From contig CAYTFC010000007.1 of NCBI GenBank assembly GCA_964436955.1, forward strand, positions 1-63,472: a DNA stretch of 63,472 nt, in the 5' to 3' direction. The stretch comes from an uncultured bacterium (lineage in GTDB: Bacteria; Chlamydiota; Chlamydiia; Chlamydiales; JAJFMA01). Position numbers and translations under genes: made by a program. Below the pieces are notes generated by a model. That model was not told the DNA's origin. It worked only from the letters and a program-made list of their open reading frames with translations, and ran no database searches. Shown piece by piece: positions 18,185 through 26,056 of the stretch; position 1 is the first letter of the stretch; each line of letters opens with the position of its first letter.

Positions 18185-18980
18185 ATGGTGACCCTTACAA
18201 TTGATCAATACAGCTTCCATGACGGAACATTATTTGAGATCGAGCAAACGGGACGCGACCTAATAATCTCTATGGAAAGCTCTTGCATAGGGCCAGAGGA
18301 AATATCCAATCATACGCTGCTTAGCATATGGGGTACTTTAAGGGGTCAACTACATATCGATGGCGTAACCGCTATATATGAAAACAATGTGTTGGTTACA
18401 GAGATCACAAAAAAAGGTTATGAGCATGGATATATTTTTGATGTCGATCTCCAAGAAAACACCGTCAAAATCGTTCTCAGCTGGAAAAGGTGGGTAGCAG
18501 GACATAAAGAAGAAACTGATTTCTTTAAGATTAGAATAGTTGGTGAAACAATCTATTGGAAAAATACACCAAAAGCTAAAGTCCCTTTTGAAGACGGTCC
18601 GATCGAGGAATATGCAAAGTTCTTCATGGAAGGGACCGTTACAAAGATTGAATCCTCGACAGATCACCCTGAAATTTCCATATTTATGGAGAGCAACAGA
18701 TTACCTATTCAAAATGAAATGTATCCAATTACCTCCAAGGGTACCACTATAGGACAATTACGTGTGGATTGGCCCCTTGATTAACAGCGTGCCAACACCT
18801 TGGCCTACACTTAATAGAACCGGTTATGGGATCATCAGACGTTTTGAAATTAATGATCATGTTATGACCTTAGAGATCCTATGGCAAGACACAGAACAAA
18901 ACTTTTCTGAAACCTTTGTAATCGACTGTTGGACCATACACTGGCGTCCTGACCGTACTCAAGCGGTTAATAACAATTGA
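18185..18980 (+). pseudogene. Second copy of the putative immunity gene, interrupted by a +1 frameshift
   Basis: ORF 18185..18784 aligns with residues 1 to about 200 of paralog 1. ORF 18762..18980 aligns with its C-terminus (VPTPWPTLNRTGYG ... CWTIHWRPDRTQA vs ISTPWSTLSRQGRG ... CWAIHWRPNSTQA). Removing one C from the C4 run at 18773..18776 restores WPLINSVPTPW. Confidence 0.7.
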
Positions 18981-19118
18981 GTTATCGGGTTCTCTAAAAC
19001 CCATTTAGCCCACTCGTCCATTAATCGTCTTACCGTTAATGAGATGCGCGAAAAGTTTGCCAAAAAATAGAAAACGACTATACAGAAGGTAAGGTTCGCT
19101 ATTAACCAAAGGATTCCT

Positions 19119-19775
19119 ATGCGCACGACTAGGTTGACCGCTTTGCTTTTTAGTCTTCCGCTAGCATCCTTGCTACTCACAGCACCCTTATTGGCTGACG
19201 ATCTGGTTACTGGGACTTCTGTAGACAGCACCCTATTGGATGACGAGCAGTCATTCTTTGGTGAATCCGATAGCCCACAACCGGATACCCCTTCACAAGT
19301 CCAATGGCAACCAGCTGGACAATTTGGCATTGGTCTTCCACCTCAGGTCCAAACACAGGATCAAGATGATCCTGCTATGAAATATTGGGCAGATAGTCGG
19401 GGTCAATCCTTCTATAATAGAAATAAACGAAGCACCGGTAGTGGTTCAAGGGGCAGTAGCTATCGATCCTCCTCGGCTTCAACATTCGATTCACGCGATC
19501 GCCGCTCCAGCAATAACTATTATCTACCCCAAAAGCAGCAAAATGATGGACGATTCCAGAATTACTATTACCCTGACAAAACAACTACTGATGATCAGTA
19601 TGATCTGTATGAAAACTACCAGTACTACCCTGGTGAATACGAGCGTAACTATATGAGTCTCTATTGGGGAGGTCGTCCCCAATACTATCCTTCACGCCAA
19701 ATTCTTAGTACCGGTGGCACTCCTTACAATCGAACTGTGGGGCCTATCGGTCATGGTTATTATCGCATTCGCTAA
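19119..19775 (+). CDS. Secreted Tyr/Ser/Arg/Asn/Gln-rich low-complexity protein
   Basis: Signal peptide MRTTRLTALLFSLPLASLLLTAPLLA. By manual count there are 21 Tyr, all in the last about 130 residues (NNYY, QNYYYP, ENYQYYPGEY, RPQYYP, GHGYY). Confidence 0.6.
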   Translation: MRTTRLTALLFSLPLASLLLTAPLLADDLVTGTSVDSTLLDDEQSFFGESDSPQPDTPSQVQWQPAGQFGIGLPPQVQTQDQDDPAMKYWADSRGQSFYNRNKRSTGSGSRGSSYRSSSASTFDSRDRRSSNNYYLPQKQQNDGRFQNYYYPDKTTTDDQYDLYENYQYYPGEYERNYMSLYWGGRPQYYPSRQILSTGGTPYNRTVGPIGHGYYRIR

Positions 19776-19833
19776 TAAGCCTTAGCGAATGAATCAAATT
19801 TAATTTAATGCCAATAATTAAGGAGTTATTGTG

Positions 19834-20094
19834 ATGAAAAAGTTAACTAATTTATTTTGTTTTTTCTCGCTATCTCTAGCTTTGTTTTCCGGACCTTTGT
19901 TCGCGGACTTCGATCACAGTGATGATGACAATCTACTCTATGATCGGGAAAGACGTGATGATAGACAGGGTCAGTGGGAACGGGGCAGTAATCCTCATAA
20001 CAGTAGCTATGATACATATAATCCCCGTGGTAATCGCTATCGCGATAACAATACCTACTATTACAATGACAATGATAACGGTCAGTATCGCTAA
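19834..20094 (+). CDS. Small secreted Tyr/Asn/Asp/Arg-rich protein
   Basis: An AGGAG SD lies 8 nt before the ATG at 19834. The signal peptide is MKKLTNLFCFFSLSLALFSGPLFA. The mature part of about 60 aa has 8 Tyr (NTYYYNDNDNGQYR). Confidence 0.55.
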   Translation: MKKLTNLFCFFSLSLALFSGPLFADFDHSDDDNLLYDRERRDDRQGQWERGSNPHNSSYDTYNPRGNRYRDNNTYYYNDNDNGQYR

Positions 20095-20108
20095 GGGTAC
20101 CTAATAAA

Positions 20109-20130
20109 GGCAAGGGGTTAAACCCTTGCC
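20109..20130 (+). terminator. Stem-loop after the small secreted gene (possible terminator, no T-tract)
   Basis: GGCAAGGG gttaaa CCCTTGCC forms an 8-bp perfect stem 15 nt after the stop. Confidence 0.3.
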
Positions 20131-20173
20131 GATAAACCAATGCTACGCATTGAAACCCAAGAAGATTGGTTGC

Positions 20174-20201
20174 AAGTTTTGGTCGCGATCAGGGTCTAAG
20201 C
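20174..20201. repeat. Core copy of the dispersed terminal repeat
   Basis: aagttttggtCgcGatcagggtctaagc matches 29..56 with 2 mismatches. Confidence 0.75.
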
Positions 20202-20269
20202 TTTCAAAAAATGGCAGTTTGTGTCACAAAAAAGACTGAATAGTAAAGAGCCACCCAAGGGAGTGTAGC

Positions 20270-22426
20270 ATGCGTAAGCTAATGATTATCCTACTTCTGG
20301 CCATCTTAGCCCTTGGCGGTTTCGGCCTCTATTACAGGGCTAAGATCTGGAATTACATTTCCCGTGAGCACTACTCACCAGAAAAGGAAAAGGTAGACAT
20401 AGAGAAGGCTGAAGGGTTGCTGAAAGATGGCCAACCCAAAGACGCCCTTGATGTGATTCAAGTCTATCAAGAACGTTTCGCGCAAAAAGATGATGTGGCC
20501 AAGAAGTGGGTGGACCTCTTTATGAAGGCATCCTTAGGTGCCCAAGAACCAGAAAACATCTACTTTCTTTATCAGCAGTTTCCCCATTCAATCGATGGCA
20601 ATGAAGAGGGCGCTCTTATTGTGAGCGACTTACTCGTGAAAACGGGTAAAATCAATGACTACACGCATTTAAGGGATTCCTGGAAGGGCAAGGAAACGCG
20701 TCCAGCGGCTTGGTTCGTTCTGGATGCTGATAAGATCCTGGTTGATGGTGACCGTCAAGCGGCTATTAAGCTATTAAATTCTCAGTCTTTTGAGGGTTCA
20801 GATGATGTGCCTCGTTTGGTACGTCTCGCATTTTTGAATGTGGAAGAAAATCCTCGTATGTCCTGGGAATACCTTACAGAGGCTTATCAGAAGGATCCCA
20901 AAAACGTAATTGTGCGTTCCTACCGAGCACGTCTTTTGGAAGCTGTTAACAAGAGTGCTCTAGCCCTCTCAGAATACGTGGCGGCTGCGAGCATCGAACC
21001 AAAAAATGCGGCGTTACGTGACCAATTGGCCGAGTTCTACCGTCGGCATGGTCGCTATAAGCTTGCGCTTAAGGTGTGGGAGGATGCGCTAACATTCCAA
21101 AATTCAGACAGCCTTTGGGTTAAGGAATGGTTTTGGGGACGTATGGCAACGCCGGTAGATTTTAAATGGGACGAGAAAAAGGTTCCCGCAGGTGAGCTAC
21201 AGCCATTTGTGGATTACCTTCTTAGTCTTACGGCCGAACAATATTGGGATAGTTCCAAGTTTGAAGCGTTAAGCAATGCCAACCAGTATCTTCAAACGCA
21301 GCAATCCAGCTTCTGGCTACGTCTTGTGCAAAATCTAAAGGACAGCCAGGATGATAAGGCTTGGGAACTGATTCAATACAACAGCTTCAATCCTGTGAGC
21401 TGGAGTCCAGAACTGGAAACGATGATTAAACGTATCCTTGCTTATCGTAAGACAGGGTCTTTGATTCTGGCAGAAGAGGCTAAAAAACCGCATGGTTTGG
21501 ATGAAGAGGATACTCCTAAGCAAACTCTTACTCCCGCAGCAACAACTCCTATTGCCACACAAACGCCGACCAAAGGTCCAGACGACCAAGAGGGTGCTGC
21601 TGCCACTCAAACCACATCACAGCATCCTTTCTACATTCAGCTTCAGAATTTAGCTAAGTCTGAGCAAAAAGGTGAAAAGGATGTTGTTCCTGAGTCACTT
21701 AAGAAGCTACTTACAGGAAAGGACGCCTTTACTGCTGCATTTCTAGCAGCAGGTTGGTTAGAGGCGGCTTTAGCACTCAATTCTGCTAAGGTTCTACCAG
21801 ATGATTCACCAGAGTGGTTCAGCTATGGCCTGACACAAGCCATTCGATTCAATCGCGGAACAATGCCAGCTCTCGAGTTCGCAACCAAACAAAAACCTAC
21901 TCCAGCGTTGAACATGCTAATTGGCGAGTTGCTTATTTCAAGTGGTAGCCCAGATGCTGGACTTGAAAAGCTACTTGCACTAGCTAATCAAAACGATGAC
22001 ATTGGCTTTCGTGCAGCTTGGTTAGTGACCTTGCTTTACATCGAGAGACAACAGTTTGATAAGGCAATTGAAATGATCCAATCACATCCGGCTTTAGCCC
22101 AAAATGTTATTGGGCGCGAAGCTCTAGCTAGGATTGCATTGCTGCAAGGGAAGATCGAAGAGGCCGACCAACAATATAGTGCGCTAGAAGCTGAATCCTG
22201 GGAAGCTAAGTCCTACCTCGCTCGCAAGGCCTATGAAGATAAAAACTTCAAGCGTGCCAAAGAGCTCACTGAGGCTCTCCTAATCGAATTCCCTAACAAC
22301 ATCCTCATTCAAAAGAACTATCAAAAGATCTTGGATGATGAAAAAGGTGGCAACACAGCAACTCCACAACAGATGCAACCAGTTACACCATCTACACCTG
22401 ATGTAAAGGGAACTCCAAAATTATGA
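20270..22426 (+). CDS. TPR-repeat protein with N-terminal TM anchor (paralog B); PrsT-like position upstream of the exosortase
   Basis: 718 aa and collinear with 9585..11579. Its stop overlaps the exosortase start (ATGA at 22423..22426). Confidence 0.7.
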   Translation: MRKLMIILLLAILALGGFGLYYRAKIWNYISREHYSPEKEKVDIEKAEGLLKDGQPKDALDVIQVYQERFAQKDDVAKKWVDLFMKASLGAQEPENIYFLYQQFPHSIDGNEEGALIVSDLLVKTGKINDYTHLRDSWKGKETRPAAWFVLDADKILVDGDRQAAIKLLNSQSFEGSDDVPRLVRLAFLNVEENPRMSWEYLTEAYQKDPKNVIVRSYRARLLEAVNKSALALSEYVAAASIEPKNAALRDQLAEFYRRHGRYKLALKVWEDALTFQNSDSLWVKEWFWGRMATPVDFKWDEKKVPAGELQPFVDYLLSLTAEQYWDSSKFEALSNANQYLQTQQSSFWLRLVQNLKDSQDDKAWELIQYNSFNPVSWSPELETMIKRILAYRKTGSLILAEEAKKPHGLDEEDTPKQTLTPAATTPIATQTPTKGPDDQEGAAATQTTSQHPFYIQLQNLAKSEQKGEKDVVPESLKKLLTGKDAFTAAFLAAGWLEAALALNSAKVLPDDSPEWFSYGLTQAIRFNRGTMPALEFATKQKPTPALNMLIGELLISSGSPDAGLEKLLALANQNDDIGFRAAWLVTLLYIERQQFDKAIEMIQSHPALAQNVIGREALARIALLQGKIEEADQQYSALEAESWEAKSYLARKAYEDKNFKRAKELTEALLIEFPNNILIQKNYQKILDDEKGGNTATPQQMQPVTPSTPDVKGTPKL

Positions 22427-23238
22427 ATAGAACAGACTGGGGCGTCTTACTAGGCTTAGTCCTATTGGCAACCTTCGTGTGGCTACGAGACACGACGTGG
22501 ATGTCTTCAGCCGAAGACACGCTGCCTATTCTAGTCGCGCTTCCAGTATTTTTCTATCTGGGACGCCCTTGGTATTTCGATAGCACGAAGCCATTACAAT
22601 TCCCCGTTGTACCAGCCCTTATTTTTATGGCACTCTTTCTAGTGGGAATTGCCGGAGATAGCACCTTACTGATGGCATTTGGATGGGTCTGGCTACTGTG
22701 GACATGGTTAAAACAGCGCACGCCTCTAGTCAATCACAGCTCAATAAAAAAACTATTAGTGCTGCCTTTAATGTCTTTTCCTTGGGTAACATTAGATCTG
22801 CAAACCCTAGGGTGGTATTTTAGGCTCTCAGGTGCCTTTGTCACTGCACACTTATACTCATTACTAGGTTATGAGGTGCAGTGGGAGGGAACGACAATCT
22901 TCATCGATAAACTGCCTATTTCAGTAGAAGCTGCTTGTGCGGGCTTAAACACACTGCAGTCGATGTTTATTGCAGGCACTGTTGTGGCATACGTTATTTT
23001 AGGTGAGACAAATCGCTACTGGCCAAACTTAGCTGTTATCTTCCTCATGGCGTGGGTAGCAAATACATCACGCATTGTTCTCATCAGTGCTGTTGCATTA
23101 GGTTTTGGACGCGAATTTGCTATGGGAGCTTTCCATACTTGGGGTGGCTGGTTTATATTAGTTCTGATGTTCGTCCTATGTTGGATGATTTTTGAATTAC
23201 AGGCACCCAAGGCACCTCCTGCGAAGTCTAAGACATGA
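22423..23238 (+). CDS. Exosortase-family transpeptidase (short form)
   Basis: 271 aa and polytopic. It carries exosortase-type motifs in the canonical order: SVEAACAGLNTLQS (Cys), WVANTSRIVLIS (Arg) and GAFHTWGGWF (His). Confidence 0.75.
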   Translation: MNRTDWGVLLGLVLLATFVWLRDTTWMSSAEDTLPILVALPVFFYLGRPWYFDSTKPLQFPVVPALIFMALFLVGIAGDSTLLMAFGWVWLLWTWLKQRTPLVNHSSIKKLLVLPLMSFPWVTLDLQTLGWYFRLSGAFVTAHLYSLLGYEVQWEGTTIFIDKLPISVEAACAGLNTLQSMFIAGTVVAYVILGETNRYWPNLAVIFLMAWVANTSRIVLISAVALGFGREFAMGAFHTWGGWFILVLMFVLCWMIFELQAPKAPPAKSKT

Positions 23239-23705
23239 TAAAAAGAATTAGTCTCCCTTCAGTTTTGGAATTCGCTGTTCTTGGCTATTGTATCTTTCAA
23301 GCCTCGGATTTAGTCACATCATGGGTAACCACTCCAGCTGCACGATGGGCCTGGATAGCTTTTATTATCTGGTGCTTGCCTGCGGTGCTTTACGTCACAA
23401 CGACAATTCGGTATGGGCGCGTGAAGGAGTCATCGCCGATATTACTTGGCTTAGCGATCACAATCTCATTGATTAGCGGTCTAGGATCATTGAACATTCT
23501 GGGTCATATTGGCTTAGCGCTAGCCATAGCTGGTCTTATGCCGTTCCATCTCGCTATGATCCCTTGGCTTGCAACAGCATTATCCTGGCTCCCCAGCTTT
23601 GGATGGATGATAAAAAGTTTACCTTTTGCTGTAATGCCTGCCATTCAGATCACCTTGGCGACAGTTGGCACAGCCATTTTAATATTCAGCACAAGGAGAC
23701 CGTAG
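23235..23705 (+). CDS. Polytopic membrane protein translationally coupled between exosortase and EpsI
   Basis: 156 aa with 4-5 hydrophobic helices. It has an ATGA overlap with the exosortase gene and a 1-nt gap to the next gene. Confidence 0.6.
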   Translation: MIKRISLPSVLEFAVLGYCIFQASDLVTSWVTTPAARWAWIAFIIWCLPAVLYVTTTIRYGRVKESSPILLGLAITISLISGLGSLNILGHIGLALAIAGLMPFHLAMIPWLATALSWLPSFGWMIKSLPFAVMPAIQITLATVGTAILIFSTRRP

Positions 23706-23706
23706 C

Positions 23707-24300
23707 ATGCAATCACAACGTGGTACTACTTTGCTATGGACTGGTTTAGTAGTGGCTATTGTTTTGGGTCTGCTGTGGCAATTTTTTCCGCTTCCAGATG
23801 CCCAAAGCCGCATTAAAAGCCTACCGCTTGCCGGACCAAATTTCGTGGGTCAAGATGTCGCCCTGAGCGATTGGGAAAAGGGCTTTTTTAAAAACGTTAA
23901 CGTGCTAAAACGTCTATATCATGTGGATAACAAGGTTCTGTTTGTTACCGCTTTAGATGGAACCAAGAATCGTCACGCGGTCCACGATCCGTTGTATTGC
24001 TTCAGAGGTAGTGGATTTGAAGTGGTGAGTCAAAAGAGTGAAAAACTCGACAATGGTGGGACGGTAGCCTTTGTTAAACTTAAAAAAGACGGTAAAGAAC
24101 AGGACGCAATGTATTGGTTCACCAATGGCAAAGACACGTACGACAGTCCATTGAAGTTTTGGATTCAAGCTACAATCCGTCGTCTATCACTTGGAATGTC
24201 AGGCCAAGAACCTATCTTGATCGTCGTTCAGCCAGTGGACAATACTGCCTTGGATTGGAAAAAAATCGTCCACACCTTCCCACAGCTACTCACCCTTTAG
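23707..24300 (+). CDS. EpsI-family exosortase-associated protein
   Basis: 197 aa with an N-terminal TM anchor, then HDPLYCFRGSGFEV. This resembles the EpsI H-x-P-x-x-C-x-x-G-x-G-W/F signature. Confidence 0.65.
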   Translation: MQSQRGTTLLWTGLVVAIVLGLLWQFFPLPDAQSRIKSLPLAGPNFVGQDVALSDWEKGFFKNVNVLKRLYHVDNKVLFVTALDGTKNRHAVHDPLYCFRGSGFEVVSQKSEKLDNGGTVAFVKLKKDGKEQDAMYWFTNGKDTYDSPLKFWIQATIRRLSLGMSGQEPILIVVQPVDNTALDWKKIVHTFPQLLTL

Positions 24301-24327
24301 TTTTTGGAAGAAAACTGGGCCTCGTCC

Positions 24328-24541
24328 GTCCTTTTGGTCCTTTTTTCCTAGTCCTTTATGTCCTTTTCGTCGTTTTGGTCCTTTGTCCTTTAGGTCTTTT
24401 TTTTCACTTCTAATATGGCTTGGTCACGCATTAAACCACCCAAACTTGTTCCTCAGTTTAGGGAAGAGAAAGGACCCAAAGGACAAGGGACCAAAACGAC
24501 GAAAAGGACATAAAGGACTAGGAAAAAAGGACATAAAGGAC
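24328..24541. repeat. Long hairpin element of GGAC-ending units
   Basis: Arms at about 24328..24396 and 24469..24541 are reverse complements (about 70 nt, few mismatches) with an about 70-nt spacer. An example of the units is gaaaaggac ataaaggac taggaaaaaaggac ataaaggac. Confidence 0.9.
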
Positions 24542-24916
24542 AAAGAATGAAATCACCTATCCAGAACATGGGTGACAACAACTAATGACGAGAAAGACAA
24601 AAAATCAAATAGTTTGTTTTACGTCTTTCTCGTCCTTTTTACTGAAATTTAAAACGTCTAGGGCTTCACTTCCATTAGATCTTGGGCAAAGGTCCACGAT
24701 ATATTAAGGGGGAAGTCGAATTATCATGTGCAGGCCGCCAGCTTTCTATAAGTCCCATATCTTCCGCTAATTGGTAAGTGACTCGCTTAGCTCTAGTTTG
24801 GAATTACGAATAGAGTTCATAATATCTTTATCTCTTAAATTCTAAAATTAAAATTAAAATCAATAAATTTAAGCTGAGGCAGCAGTCCCTTTTGAAGCAG
24901 CTCTTTTTTGAGGGTT

Positions 24917-26056
24917 CTAACCTTTCGGCATGAGATGAAAAATATGATGTATGGACTGAATAGAAGCGGGTATGTCCCTATTTGAAAGAAGGCCGGCATA
25001 TGAATCTTCATCCTTGGGATGATAACCATGCATCCCGGGAATACGTTTGTGACCCATGAAACTGGGCACGATCAACCATCCCGAGCGCATTAGAAATATT
25101 GTATCACCATAGCGGCCATCTTTGAAAAAAACCCCAAATTCCTGTAGCTCTTGGTCTGATACAATCTCTCCTACTTGGAGCCCCTTTAACAGATGGTGAA
25201 TTTTGACTTTGGCCTCTTCATTAAGAAACCAAAACCGCGCCATTGTGGAATCATACATCACTGCAAAATCAACTCCGTATGTTAGTCCCAGCTTACTAAC
25301 TTCCTTTTGAAGGTCAAACTCACCAACGACATCATGCATTCCATGATCCGCGAAGATATAGAGAGCGACCTCATCATAAGTGCGTTTGGCAACATCCATG
25401 ATACGCATGATCTGCTGTTCATACCACTGTAAGAGTTGCAAAACGCTGGGATGATGGGTTCCCACGCGATGCATCAGGGCATCTAATTGACCTAAGGTCA
25501 CATAGGCCATGTCAACATTGCTGTGGTTGAGCTCTTCTATGAGAGTATTGATCTTGGTGGCATCATCGACACCTGGAGCACACATGTGATAAGGAATTCC
25601 ACGCTGCACAAGAATATCGAATATGTTTTGGCTTCCCGGAAGCCCTCCAGGCGTATAAATGCGCTTTTTCTCGGCATAATCAAAGTAGGGAAGATACTCA
25701 AAGGGAACGTTGTAGAGCTGCACATAGCCGGTATAACCCAGACTCTTCGCAACCATTTGGCTAATGCGACTGCGTACACGATGGTTATCCATGACTATAC
25801 TGGGTAGCCATTTCATCCAACTGTAGTTTGCGAAGGGAGATGTTTCCGGTGAATAGTAAAAAGAGGACCATAATCCATGCTCATTAGGCAACTTTCCCGA
25901 TATAATCGAGGGGTCGCAGGCGCTAGAGTAGCCAAAGATTGTTTCCAGCCGTTTGCGATTGGGAGCTACCTGACTAAGCAATTCGGGATGGCGCTGAATG
26001 ACCTCCCAGCCCATTGCGTCCACAAAAAGAAATAGAGAAAGCTGTCGTGTTGTCAT
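24917..26056 (-). CDS. Alkaline-phosphatase-superfamily enzyme (nucleotide pyrophosphatase/phosphodiesterase type)
   Basis: 379 aa with LFLFVDAMGWE (metal Asp), FADHGMHDV and PGMHGYHP motifs typical of the type I phosphodiesterase/NPP fold. Confidence 0.65.
   Translation of the reverse strand: MTTRQLSLFLFVDAMGWEVIQRHPELLSQVAPNRKRLETIFGYSSACDPSIISGKLPNEHGLWSSFYYSPETSPFANYSWMKWLPSIVMDNHRVRSRISQMVAKSLGYTGYVQLYNVPFEYLPYFDYAEKKRIYTPGGLPGSQNIFDILVQRGIPYHMCAPGVDDATKINTLIEELNHSNVDMAYVTLGQLDALMHRVGTHHPSVLQLLQWYEQQIMRIMDVAKRTYDEVALYIFADHGMHDVVGEFDLQKEVSKLGLTYGVDFAVMYDSTMARFWFLNEEAKVKIHHLLKGLQVGEIVSDQELQEFGVFFKDGRYGDTIFLMRSGWLIVPSFMGHKRIPGMHGYHPKDEDSYAGLLSNRDIPASIQSIHHIFHLMPKG

Noticed and set aside
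19375-20140. Alternative-frame and antisense ORFs over the Tyr-rich genes (19375..19584, 19441..19656, 19847..20140, 19919..20104)
   Set aside because: Low-complexity codon repeats keep several frames open. Only the frames with signal peptides and SD sequences are plausible.
24114-24413. ORF 24114..24413, and similarly 29234..29479 and 29290..29718
   Set aside because: The same artefact applies: these reading frames stay open only because of the low-complexity GGAC/GTCC repeat units.
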